Of a DNA stretch of 64,000 bases, positions 39,129 through 48,341 are shown piece by piece. This DNA is from Desulfosudaceae bacterium (GTDB lineage Bacteria; Desulfobacterota; Desulfobacteria; Desulfobacterales; Desulfosudaceae). The notes beneath the pieces are model-generated. The model was not told the DNA's origin and did no database searches. It saw nothing but the letters and a program-made list of their open reading frames with translations. Numbering within the stretch: the stretch's first letter is position 1; every line of letters begins with the position of its first letter. The stretch lies in NCBI GenBank assembly GCA_963674745.2, contig CAXXDV010000003.1, positions 704,001 to 768,000 of the forward strand, given 5' to 3'. The position numbers and the translations under genes are program-made.

Positions 39129-39519
39129 TTGTGATCCGGTGCTGCCGCAGGTTGTGAAGGACATAGGTGGCCACCCCCCAGACCATCAGTTCCGTGTCGC
39201 CATGGATGGCCAGGGGCGAGACGTCGGGGTTTTCGGCCAGCAGGCGGATCTGTCCGTTCCGGGACCAGAGCCTGCGGACCATCAGCTCGCCCTCGACCAC
39301 GGCCACGACCACATCCCGGTGCCCGGCGTTAAGGGCCCGGTCCACCACCAGGATGTCTCCGGAGTGGATGCCGGCCGCCTGCATGGCGTCCCCGGACACC
39401 CGCATGAAAAAGGTGGCCAGGGGGTGAGCGATGACCAGCTGGTTCAAGTCCAGCCGGCTTTCGGCAAAATCCCGGGCTGGCGACGGAAAACCGGTGTAAT
39501 TTAAACCAGTTCCCGACAT
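39112..39519 (-). CDS. umuD: UmuD-like protein with a short N-terminal arm and degenerate catalytic dyad
   Basis: GFPSPARDF...[20 protein letters not shown]...GDILVVDR...VRRL...ENP...WGV; directly upstream of umuC. Confidence 0.9.
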   Translation of the reverse strand: MSGTGLNYTGFPSPARDFAESRLDLNQLVIAHPLATFFMRVSGDAMQAAGIHSGDILVVDRALNAGHRDVVVAVVEGELMVRRLWSRNGQIRLLAENPDVSPLAIHGDTELMVWGVATYVLHNLRQHRITNAPAG

Positions 39520-40139
39520 GTCCAGACCACCCTTCCGATAATCCGTACCCGGTTGATTTCTTCGTCCTGCAGGTAAACCGGCGCGTAACCGGTGTTGGCG
39601 CTGATCAGCACCAGGCGCCGGGGATGTTTCTCAACCCGTTTGACCATGACCGTGTCGTCGATGCCCACGGCATAGATACCGCCGGCATATATCTCCGTGC
39701 GGGACTGGTCCACCAGCACCGTATCGCCTTCTTCGATGACCGGGGACATGCTGTCGCCGATGACGTCCATGAGCACCATCTGTTCCGGGTTGCCCTTGCG
39801 GCGCAGCCAGGAGCGGCTGAAGGCGTAATATGATTCGATTTCCGGGCTGGTTTCAAAGGACCCACCGCCGGCGTGCAGCCGGGCCCGGACCCGGGGCACG
39901 GCCGTGGTCGCCTCGCGCATGACCGGCGGTCCGGATCCGGTTGATGCCAGCCACCCGGGATCAACATCAAAATGCCGGCCGAGCTTGACCAGCCAGGCGT
40001 CCGGGACCGTATTTTTGCGCTTGGCCTGGGTAATGGCCGAGCGGTGTACCCCCAGTATGGCGGCCAGTTCCGACTGGGAACGGATGCCCAGGCCCTGCCT
40101 GGCTTTTTCATAAAAAACGTCAAAAGGGATGATCGTCAT
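39501..40139 (-). CDS. CI/LexA-like repressor (HTH + S24 peptidase)
   Basis: SQSELAAILGVHRSAIT HTH, ..WL..G; Ala-Gly site HAGGG; GDSMSP serine; VKRV lysine; IIGRVVW. Confidence 0.92.
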   Translation of the reverse strand: MTIIPFDVFYEKARQGLGIRSQSELAAILGVHRSAITQAKRKNTVPDAWLVKLGRHFDVDPGWLASTGSGPPVMREATTAVPRVRARLHAGGGSFETSPEIESYYAFSRSWLRRKGNPEQMVLMDVIGDSMSPVIEEGDTVLVDQSRTEIYAGGIYAVGIDDTVMVKRVEKHPRRLVLISANTGYAPVYLQDEEINRVRIIGRVVWTCRELV

Positions 40140-40170
40140 AATGATCTCTTTGTTTATCGAAAGCTATTTA

Positions 40171-40207
40171 TGTTTATTTATATAAACAATCTGTATATGG
40201 GTGTCAA
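40171..40207 (-). promoter_or_regulatory. Sigma70-like promoter overlapped by a palindromic operator
   Basis: Minus-strand TTGACA (40207-40202), 17-bp spacer, TATATA (40184-40179); TGTTTAT-N4-ATAAACA at 40171-40188; extra half-site TGTTTAT at 40151. Confidence 0.65.
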
Positions 40208-40317
40208 TTATTTTTTTGACGAAAGGGGGTTACCCGGTATATCAAGGACGAGAAGTCCGCTTCTGGAACGGGACTCCGGGCAGATTCGGAAGTTATACCG
40301 AAAGACAGGTTTACGAC

Positions 40318-41136
40318 TCAGACATCCACCCCGTGGCGGTGGGCCAGTTTGGTGAACATCTGGGCCAGGCCGGCGCCCAGGGCAAAGGCCGAACCGATGG
40401 AGAGGTTGTCTTCAACGCATTTGTCGAAGAAAAGGTTGATGGTGGATGCCATGCCTTCTTCGGGATACCAGTAGCAGATCATGACCGGCACCTTGGGCAT
40501 GGGGTAAAGCACCACCGAAATATCGGACTCGAATTCCTGCCCGACCTGTTTGCCGCTGAACATGTGCACCATGTCGTCAAACAGCTCGGGGTAGGCGTCG
40601 GCCACCCGCTTCATGGCTTCTTCGCAGCGTTTTTTGAACAGGGGGTAGCCTTCCCGTCCTTTTTTCAGTTCCCGGTAGGAGAGCCATTCGCCGGTGGGGT
40701 CGATGCCTTTGCTGAACAATACGTAGTCGAGGAAGGGACCGGCCACCCAGGGGTTGACATGGATGTCGGCGTAAAGCGTACCGTTTTTATCCACACTGAA
40801 GTCTTTTCCCATCACTTTGACGGTCAGTTTACCGTTGGCCAACCGGCCGCCGGTGCGCTGGGCCGCTTTTTCAAAATCCAGATCGGAGACGGCTTTTTTC
40901 AGCTCGTCGATCGTATTTTCCCGTTCATCGGTTGCGTTGGGCGCGGCTTTTTGAAGGCCGTAAGTCTCGGAAAATTCCCGCACGGTTTCCGGGTCCAGTC
41001 TGGGACATTCGGCAAGCGCGCGGTTGCCCTTGAATACCGCGGCGGCAAAGGCAAAACAGGTTTTTTCGCCGCATTCCCGGCAGTTGGACTGGTCCAGCAG
41101 TTTGACAATATCAAGTGTGGTGGCCTGTTTGGTCAT
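40318..41136 (-). CDS. Fe-S-binding domain (CdhE/RnfB-type) + DUF3786 protein
   Basis: NCRECGEKTCFAFA...CP; GEWLSYREL, PMPKVP...W..EEG.....LFFD. Confidence 0.85.
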   Translation of the reverse strand: MTKQATTLDIVKLLDQSNCRECGEKTCFAFAAAVFKGNRALAECPRLDPETVREFSETYGLQKAAPNATDERENTIDELKKAVSDLDFEKAAQRTGGRLANGKLTVKVMGKDFSVDKNGTLYADIHVNPWVAGPFLDYVLFSKGIDPTGEWLSYRELKKGREGYPLFKKRCEEAMKRVADAYPELFDDMVHMFSGKQVGQEFESDISVVLYPMPKVPVMICYWYPEEGMASTINLFFDKCVEDNLSIGSAFALGAGLAQMFTKLAHRHGVDV

Positions 41137-41325
41137 AAAGCGCTCCTTTTCGTGTATTGAAACTTAAAGTTAAACAGCCAGGCCGTACTTGTCAACCCGG
41201 GGTTGATGGAAGAACCCACGACTTGATTATTCTATCCATATCTGCCAAAGTTTATTCGTGAGAGTTGTAACTGGCATGTGAACGCTCATTAAATCCGTTT
41301 ATAACAAACGCATGAGGCAGGTCAT

Positions 41326-41568
41326 ATGAGCCGCTGGGAAATTCAGACCAATCCCGATTTATGCACGGGCTGCATGCGCTGCATGCTGGTCTGTTCATGG
41401 CAGTATGAAAAGCAGTTCGCTTTAGCCGCAGCCCGGATCCAGGTGTCAGTCGCCGACGCAGAAATCATTGTTTCATTTCTGGATGACTGCGTGCAATGCG
41501 GCCTGTGCGCGGATAATTGTTTTTACGGGGCACTGATTAAAAAGGAAATAACGGAGGAGGCGTCATGA
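41326..41568 (+). CDS. 2x[4Fe-4S] ferredoxin-like protein
   Basis: CTGCMRCMLVC and CVQCGLCADNC; ATGA overlap with the AOR gene. Confidence 0.88.
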   Translation: MSRWEIQTNPDLCTGCMRCMLVCSWQYEKQFALAAARIQVSVADAEIIVSFLDDCVQCGLCADNCFYGALIKKEITEEAS

Positions 41569-43421
41569 CGGTGGCCGGCGGTTTTTCCGGAACCATACTG
41601 CACGTTGACCTGGCGGCACAACAGGTCCGCCGGCAGGCACTGGATGAACGGATGGCCCGGGATTTTATCGGCGGGCTGGGCCTGACCTTCCGGCTGGCAC
41701 TTGATGCCATTACACCCGGTGTTGATCCTTTATCAGCGGACAACCCCATTGTTCTCGGTGCAGGCCCCCTGGTCGGTACGGACGTGCCTTCGTCATCCCG
41801 TATTTACGCCGTCAGCAGGGTTCCCGCCACGGGCACCATCGGCTGGAGCGGGGCCGGAGGCATGACCTTCGGCTGTAACCTGAAATATGCGGGGTATGAC
41901 AATCTCATCATTACCGGCCAAAGTGACCATCCGGTTTTTCTGGAAATAAACGATGACAGAATCCTGTTTCATGATGCCGCTGATCTGTGGGGCAAGGGCA
42001 TTGCCGAAACCACCCGGCAGGTTAACCGGGTGACAGGCGGAAGCAGCGGCGTTATCGCCATCGGTCCGGCCGGTGAAAACCGTTCGGTATTTTCCATGGC
42101 TTATGTGGACGGCGTGTCCACCCTGGGCCGGGGCGGTTTCGGTGCGGTTTTCGGGTCCAAAAACCTGAAAGCCATTGCGGTCCACGGCACCGGCGGCGTC
42201 CGGGTGGCGGATCAAAAGGCATACCGGTCGCTGAGAAACGAGCTGGTGGAAGAAATCCGCAACTACCGGTATTTAAAGGAATGGCAGCACATGGGCATGC
42301 TCAAGTCCTTTCCGGTGGCGCCCCTGGAAGTGTACGAGAAGATCAAAAAGCGCCGCCTGGCCTGTGTTTCCTGCCCGGTGGGATGTAAAGACCTGGTTGA
42401 GATCAAGGACGGGCCTTTTGCCGGTGAAACCTTTCGGTCCAGTTCGGCCATCAATCTTTTTACCCCCCTGATGTACGGTTTTACCGATTATCGCGAGGCG
42501 GCCAGGCTGATCTCGGTGCTCGATGATTTCGGGATGGACATGTTCGAGTTCTTCGGGGTCATGCGTTTTGCCGCCGCCCTGTTTGAACAAGGCATACTGC
42601 CGGCAGAAGAAAACGATCCGCCGATTGTCATTAATGACTTGTCTGCAATGACCGCCTGGGCCAAAAAAACAGCCCAAAGGCAGGGGGTCGGGGATGTGCT
42701 GGCCGACGGGTTTGCCGGCATGCTGTCCGCTTACGGCGAACAGGCCGCCGGTTGCGCACCCGCCCTGGTCAAGAACATGCACCCCTATACCGGCCCGGAA
42801 TCGGCCCTTCCCTGGGACCTGTTCGGCACCATGGAGCTGGGACAGATGATTGATCCCCGGGGACCTCATGTCGGCTCGGGTGGTTCGCCCACCTATTTTG
42901 CCCGGCGGCCCCTGGATGTCTTTCCCCGGCACATGAAACGCATGGGCGTTCCCGAACAGGCTGTCGGGCGTATCCTGCCGGAAAATGAAAACAACGAAAC
43001 CGGCCTGAACGTGGGGGCTTTGCTGGCTTACTCCCACCGCTGGTTTTCCATACTGGGTTCTCTTGGTGTCTGTGCCCGGGGCCAGGTCAACCGGTTTTAT
43101 AATGCCGAACGGTGCGCGGTGCTTTACCAGTCCGTGACCGGTATCGCGACGACGCTCGAGCAGTTGCAGCACCGGGCCGCGCGGGTCTGGACACTGTACA
43201 AGATGTTGAATGTCCGGGAAGGTGTCGGCCGCACAGCGGACGCGGTGCCGGAACGCTGGGTCACCCAACCGGGATTCAAAGACTATCTGACCGAAACCTC
43301 CCTGACACGGGAACAGATCGAAGCCATGGTCAGCGATTATTACCGGGAGCAAGGCTGGCATCCGGATACCGGGGTGCCTGAACCGGAGACATTGAAACGA
43401 CTGGCACTTGATTCGTTTTAA
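41565..43421 (+). CDS. Aldehyde:ferredoxin oxidoreductase family (tungstopterin) protein
   Basis: FIGGLG, LKYAGYD, IGPAGEN, GRGGFGAVFGSKNLKAI, CVSCPVGC, DDFGMD, SLGVC, NVREG, YY...GW...G.P..ETL..L. Confidence 0.92.
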   Translation: MTVAGGFSGTILHVDLAAQQVRRQALDERMARDFIGGLGLTFRLALDAITPGVDPLSADNPIVLGAGPLVGTDVPSSSRIYAVSRVPATGTIGWSGAGGMTFGCNLKYAGYDNLIITGQSDHPVFLEINDDRILFHDAADLWGKGIAETTRQVNRVTGGSSGVIAIGPAGENRSVFSMAYVDGVSTLGRGGFGAVFGSKNLKAIAVHGTGGVRVADQKAYRSLRNELVEEIRNYRYLKEWQHMGMLKSFPVAPLEVYEKIKKRRLACVSCPVGCKDLVEIKDGPFAGETFRSSSAINLFTPLMYGFTDYREAARLISVLDDFGMDMFEFFGVMRFAAALFEQGILPAEENDPPIVINDLSAMTAWAKKTAQRQGVGDVLADGFAGMLSAYGEQAAGCAPALVKNMHPYTGPESALPWDLFGTMELGQMIDPRGPHVGSGGSPTYFARRPLDVFPRHMKRMGVPEQAVGRILPENENNETGLNVGALLAYSHRWFSILGSLGVCARGQVNRFYNAERCAVLYQSVTGIATTLEQLQHRAARVWTLYKMLNVREGVGRTADAVPERWVTQPGFKDYLTETSLTREQIEAMVSDYYREQGWHPDTGVPEPETLKRLALDSF

Positions 43422-43468
43422 AATGGCATCGATTCTTTCAACCTGGCGAATCCGCTGATGGTGAATTA

Positions 43469-45241
43469 TTATCCGGTTTGATCCAAGGCGGTCAGCGTTT
43501 TTTCAAGGTTTGTTTTTGCTGCTTTATCTTTCGGATCAGCCTGCAAGGCTTTTTGAAAAAACGGAATGGCCTTTTCATAATTTCCCGAAGAAGCCATCAC
43601 CGCCCCCAGACCATTATACGCGGGCGCATAATCAGAATTGATGCGAAGCGCTTCTGTATAATAATGCGCGGCTTCTTGTAATTTTCTCTGCCTTAAAAAA
43701 AGATTGCCCACATTGGTCAGGGCCGTTATATTTCCGGGTTTTATTTCCAGGCTCCGGGCATAGTTTTCAGCCGCTTTTTTTATGTCTCCCTGTTCGGAAA
43801 AAAGGACGCCTAAATTGAGATACGCTGTTTCAAAATCGGGGTTGATCTGAATCGCCTTCCGGTAATGCACAATGGCTTTGTCCGGCATGCCTTTTTCTTT
43901 GTAGGCAAGTCCCAGGTTGTTCTGCGCGACAAAATTTTCCGCTGTTACATCAAGGCTGTGCTTGAATAACGTTATGCTGTCTTTCCAATAATTCACCTGG
44001 ATTCTGCTGGCAAGGAGTAAAATGCCTATCAGCGACACGACGATAGTGCCGATATAGACATTTTTCAGGCGCCATTTTGTCGCCAGGGCCGTACCGCCCC
44101 ATGCAAATATGATAAATATGCCGATAAGGGGTATATATGTATATCGATCCGCCAGTCCCTGGGTGCCGACTTGAACGATGCCGATAACAGGTACCAGCGT
44201 ACCCGCAAACCATAACCATCCAACGATGAAGTACGGGTGTGTTTTGTATGTTTTAACGGCAATTGTGGATATGAGTGCCAAAATGATGCTGCAAATGGTG
44301 GCGTTTGTTAACGAAATGGTTTCCGGGTATGGATAAGCAATGGCAAGGTTGATGGGCAGCAAGGTCTTATACAGATAAAGAATATAGGAAACCAGCGCAT
44401 TTGCCAGACGGCCGACAAATGGATATGTCTGTATATTAGCCAAGGCCCCGCCCGTTTGTTGGGCGTAAATCGTCATCAGGCAGGATCCTGCCGACAGCAG
44501 CAGAAAAGGGACCTTTTCCAACAGAAGATTGATGCCGGCTGATTTTTCTCTTTCCCCCTTCCGGGTGTTTTCCGTAACAAATCGATAACGGCGGAGCGGC
44601 CAGTAATCAAGCAGCATCAGGACAAAGGGGAGCGTAACAACCATGGGCTTTGCCATCAATCCCAGGAAAAATAGTAAGAGCGTGCCCAGGTAACGAAGCA
44701 AACTCTCTTTCTCTGCATAAACCGCATAACCGTACAGGGTCAGTATCCAAAAGAAAGTGCTCAGGATATCCTTTCTTTCGGCAACCCATGCGACTGATTC
44801 CACGTGAAGCGGATGGACGGCAAATAATGCCGCGACAAAACCGCTTTGCCATACGGCACCTGACATCCTTTTGAGAACCGTGAACAGAAGCAGCGTGTTG
44901 ATGATATGAAAAAGCAGGTTCGTCAGGTGATGCATTCCGGGATCCAGACCGAAAAATTCAACATCAACCATGTGAGACAGCCAGGTTAGCGGGTGCCAGT
45001 TTGACCGGGATGTTGAGGTAAATGCCCAAAGGACGCTGTCTGTTGATAACCCCTCCCTGACGCTGATATTTTCGACAACATATTCATAATCGTCATAATT
45101 AATAAAATGGTGGTTCCATACCCCCCAATACGCGCAGAGGGTGATGCATACCAAAAGGCCATAGATGAACAGGCTTTTCGATGAACCCGGGCCGGATGCC
45201 CTGGCGGCGTTGCCGGAAATTGTAATGCGGTTTTTTTCCAT
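43469..45241 (-). CDS. TMTC-like GT-C glycosyltransferase with C-terminal TPRs
   Basis: FINYDD..YV, NWHPLTWLSH, HPLHVESVAWVAERKD, ADRYTYIP, W.DS..LF, several TPRs. Confidence 0.9.
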   Translation of the reverse strand: MEKNRITISGNAARASGPGSSKSLFIYGLLVCITLCAYWGVWNHHFINYDDYEYVVENISVREGLSTDSVLWAFTSTSRSNWHPLTWLSHMVDVEFFGLDPGMHHLTNLLFHIINTLLLFTVLKRMSGAVWQSGFVAALFAVHPLHVESVAWVAERKDILSTFFWILTLYGYAVYAEKESLLRYLGTLLLFFLGLMAKPMVVTLPFVLMLLDYWPLRRYRFVTENTRKGEREKSAGINLLLEKVPFLLLSAGSCLMTIYAQQTGGALANIQTYPFVGRLANALVSYILYLYKTLLPINLAIAYPYPETISLTNATICSIILALISTIAVKTYKTHPYFIVGWLWFAGTLVPVIGIVQVGTQGLADRYTYIPLIGIFIIFAWGGTALATKWRLKNVYIGTIVVSLIGILLLASRIQVNYWKDSITLFKHSLDVTAENFVAQNNLGLAYKEKGMPDKAIVHYRKAIQINPDFETAYLNLGVLFSEQGDIKKAAENYARSLEIKPGNITALTNVGNLFLRQRKLQEAAHYYTEALRINSDYAPAYNGLGAVMASSGNYEKAIPFFQKALQADPKDKAAKTNLEKTLTALDQTG

Positions 45242-45429
45242 ACCTTAACCATTCATGCGTTGGGGCATGGTCTGTCTTTTGTTTTTATATAATTTGTAGC
45301 AAGACCGGTTTTTTCTGTCAATGCTTTCCCTCTTGGTAATTCAACCGCGTTTTAAAAAAATCCGTTTTTACGGAGACCTGTCGCCGTCGCATGCTTTTGG
45401 GTGATGATAAACCGCCGACAATATCATTT

Positions 45430-45467
45430 TTCATTTATTTTTCACTTTGTTTTCATAATCGTTTCAT
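45430..45467 (+). promoter_or_regulatory. Four-copy cre-tag-like direct repeat (TTCAY-N6)
   Basis: TTCAT 45430, TTCAC 45441, TTCAT 45452, TTCAT 45463: exact 11-bp period, upstream of an operon containing creBC. Confidence 0.75.
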
Positions 45468-45525
45468 TCTCTCCGTGCATCATGCAGGCAAATCACGAAA
45501 CATATTATCATAAGGAGGATGCGCC

Positions 45526-47523
45526 ATGAAACAAAACCAAACCATTTCGATCATGATCATCGTTGTTTGTCTGGCCCTGTTTGCGGGAACGGCGGCCATC
45601 GGGGCCACAGGCACGGACAAGACCCTGTCACCGTATTTTTTTGTTCAAACCGAAGAAAGCGGCACGGATCATTTCCCGTTGAAAGCCACGGATGTCAGGG
45701 CGGATATCTGTGGTGTCATCGCCGATGTGTCGGTCAAGCAGGTTTACGAAAATCAGGGCACTGAGGCGATCAACGCGCAGTATATTTTTCCGGCCTCCAC
45801 CCGGGCGGCGGTTCACGGCCTGACCATGAAGATCGGTGAACGAATCATTCATGCCAGGGTGAAGGAAAAGGAAGTCGCCAAAAAAACGTTTGAGAAAGCC
45901 AAAAAAGAGGGCAAAAGCGCTACCCTGCTGGAGCAGCAGCGTCCCAACGTGTTCAGCATGAACGTGGCCAACATCATGCCGGGCGATAACATTGAAATCG
46001 AACTTCGTTACACGGAACTGCTCGTACCAACCGACGGTGTCTATGAATTTGTTTATCCCACCGTGGTCGGTCCACGGTATTCGGATCAGACGGAAGCACT
46101 TGCCCCGGCATCGGAGCAATGGGTCAAGAATCCGTATTTGAAACAGGGCACGCCTGTTTCAACAACCTTTGATATGAACGTCAACCTGTCCACCGGTCTG
46201 CCGATTCAGGATTTACAGTGCCGGACCCATGAGACGGTCGTTGACTGGAATGGTGAGGCCCGGGCGGGTGTCCGCCTGAAGAATGCCGGTGATTTCGGCG
46301 GTGATCGGGACTATATCCTGAACTATCGCCTGAGCGGATCAAAAATCGAATCCGGACTGACGCTTTATGAAGGCGAAGATGAAAATTTTTTCCTGCTCAT
46401 GGTTCAGCCGCCTGAACGCGTCAAGCCCGAGGAAATCCCCGCCCGGGAGTATGTTTTTGTGGTGGATGTGTCCGGTTCCATGAGCGGTTTCCCACTAAAT
46501 ACGGCCAAGCGATTGATGCGCGATCTGGTGGGCGGCCTGAAGCCGACGGATACGTTTAATGTCCTTCTGTTTTCCGGCAGCTCGCGTTTGATGTCTAATA
46601 CCTCCATTCCGGCCACGGCCGACAATATCAGCCGGGCCGTCGCATTTCTGGAAAAGCAGCGGGGCGGTGGCGGAACCCGGCTGTACAGTGCGCTTGACAA
46701 GGCTTTGCAACTTCCCCGGCGAGAGGGGTGTTCGCGTACCATGGTTATTGTTACCGACGGATATATCCAGGCCGAACGAGATGTGTTTGAATTGATTCAG
46801 GATAATATGAACCGGACCAATGTGTTTGCCTTCGGGATCGGCAGCGGTGTCAACCGTTATCTTATCGAGGGCATGGCCAAAGCCGGTATGGGCGAACCCT
46901 TTGTGGTGACCGACAAGGATGAAGCGCCGAAAACCGCCAGGGCTTTCCGGGAGTATATTTCCGCGCCGGTGTTGACCGGGGCTTCGGTTCGGTTTGACGG
47001 GTTTGAAACATATGATGTCGAACCCCCGTCCATTCCGGATCTTTTCGCCAAAAGGCCGGTGATTGTTTTTGGAAAGTGGCGGGGTAAAGCCCGGGGCAAG
47101 GTCACGGTGACCGGAACCGGCGGTCAGGGAGCTTACAAGCAGGTGTTTGATGTCTCCAAAATAAAGCCGGCGGATGTGAACCGGGCGCAACGATATCTCT
47201 GGGCGCGGTCCCGCATTTCCAGGCTTTCGGATTTTCAGAAGGGCAAATCAGATCCGGACCGGAAAGCGGAAATCACCAGCCTCGGCCTGACTTATAACCT
47301 GCTGACGGCGTATACCTCATTTATAGCGGTCCTCGAGGAAGTTCGTAATCCGCAGGGCAACGCCAAAAACGTGAAACAACCGCTGCCCCTGCCCAAGGGG
47401 GTTTCCAACAATGCTGTCGGCGGATGTGCCACCGTTCCCGAACCGGGGTTGCTGTACCTGTTGGCGGGATTGGGGGGTATCGCGATACTGATAAATCGGA
47501 AAAGAATTCTAAACAGGGGATAG
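45526..47523 (+). CDS. VIT + VWA domain protein with PEP-CTERM-like sorting signal
   Basis: AAGGAGG RBS; signal peptide; VIT (Y.FP....AV.G..M.IG.R...LLEQQRPNVF...ANI.PG); MIDAS DVSGSM, GGT, VTDG; C-terminal VPEP + TM + RKR. Confidence 0.92.
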   Translation: MKQNQTISIMIIVVCLALFAGTAAIGATGTDKTLSPYFFVQTEESGTDHFPLKATDVRADICGVIADVSVKQVYENQGTEAINAQYIFPASTRAAVHGLTMKIGERIIHARVKEKEVAKKTFEKAKKEGKSATLLEQQRPNVFSMNVANIMPGDNIEIELRYTELLVPTDGVYEFVYPTVVGPRYSDQTEALAPASEQWVKNPYLKQGTPVSTTFDMNVNLSTGLPIQDLQCRTHETVVDWNGEARAGVRLKNAGDFGGDRDYILNYRLSGSKIESGLTLYEGEDENFFLLMVQPPERVKPEEIPAREYVFVVDVSGSMSGFPLNTAKRLMRDLVGGLKPTDTFNVLLFSGSSRLMSNTSIPATADNISRAVAFLEKQRGGGGTRLYSALDKALQLPRREGCSRTMVIVTDGYIQAERDVFELIQDNMNRTNVFAFGIGSGVNRYLIEGMAKAGMGEPFVVTDKDEAPKTARAFREYISAPVLTGASVRFDGFETYDVEPPSIPDLFAKRPVIVFGKWRGKARGKVTVTGTGGQGAYKQVFDVSKIKPADVNRAQRYLWARSRISRLSDFQKGKSDPDRKAEITSLGLTYNLLTAYTSFIAVLEEVRNPQGNAKNVKQPLPLPKGVSNNAVGGCATVPEPGLLYLLAGLGGIAILINRKRILNRG

Positions 47524-47525
47524 CC

Positions 47526-48341
47526 ATGAGATCCTGGCAGCAATCCATCAGGCGTGACGCGGTTTTTTATCCGGTTGCCGTTTTGATGGCCCTGGCGGTC
47601 AAGCAACACTTCAGCCAGGCCCGGCCGGAGGACCTTATTTGGATTCTCAAACCCACGGCGGGCCTGGTTTCCCTGCTCAACGGGGATGTGTTTATCTTTG
47701 AAGCCGGGGCCGGTTATGCCTGTCATGTTCGAAACGTGATCATTGCCCCGGCCTGTGCGGGTGTCAATTTCATGCTTATGGCCTTCGGGATGGCGGTTTT
47801 TTCCGGGATGCGCCACATGCGCGGGTGGCGGCATGGTGCTGCCTGGCTGCTGTCATGCCTGCTCGCGTCCTATCTGCTGACCCTGGTTGTAAACGCCCTG
47901 CGCATCATGGTTTCCATTTATACGTATAATTCGGGCGCTTTTGTCGATGGCATGATGTGGGAACGAATTCATCGCCTGGAAGGGATCGTGATATATTTCT
48001 TTTTTCAATACCTGTTTTATTCTATGATACAGAAGATTGTCCGGAGATATTCGGCCGGTCAAGTCGGTCGAATAACAAAAAATCCCGTGATGCCAGGGGG
48101 TGGAACGATGCGGCTCCGGAAAATCCTTGCAAAGGGAATGATGCCCTGTGCCTGGTATCTGGGTGTAACACTGGCCGTGCCTTTTTTTAACCGGGCGGCC
48201 GCCAGATACGGCAGCCTGTTTTTCGAGCACGCGGCCATGGTACTCAGCCTGTGCCTGATGACCTGGACCGGCATAGCCGTTGTTGAGCTCTGCGGTCAGG
48301 GAATTCGCCTGTTATTTTACCGGGGGTTATCAAAACCATGA
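47526..48341 (+). CDS. xrtK: Exosortase, XrtK-like
   Basis: KQHFS.A...L.WIL.PTA.LV; catalytic-type motifs ACAGVNF, NALRI, IHRLEG; 2 bp after the VPEP-tailed gene. Confidence 0.8.
   Translation: MRSWQQSIRRDAVFYPVAVLMALAVKQHFSQARPEDLIWILKPTAGLVSLLNGDVFIFEAGAGYACHVRNVIIAPACAGVNFMLMAFGMAVFSGMRHMRGWRHGAAWLLSCLLASYLLTLVVNALRIMVSIYTYNSGAFVDGMMWERIHRLEGIVIYFFFQYLFYSMIQKIVRRYSAGQVGRITKNPVMPGGGTMRLRKILAKGMMPCAWYLGVTLAVPFFNRAAARYGSLFFEHAAMVLSLCLMTWTGIAVVELCGQGIRLLFYRGLSKP

Noticed and set aside
37833..40139. Prophage or ICE around the CI-like repressor
   Set aside because: No integrase, att-like repeats, structural or conjugation genes in the window.
40201..41160. 319-aa plus-strand ORF
   Set aside because: Antisense shadow of the FeS-DUF3786 gene; no recognisable motifs.
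41272..41286. Sigma54 promoter TGGCAT...GC upstream of the ferredoxin-AOR genes
   Set aside because: GG-to-GC spacing is one base short of the strict -24/-12 geometry and the TT before GC is missing.
42273..43361. 362-aa minus-strand ORF
   Set aside because: Antisense shadow of the AOR gene.
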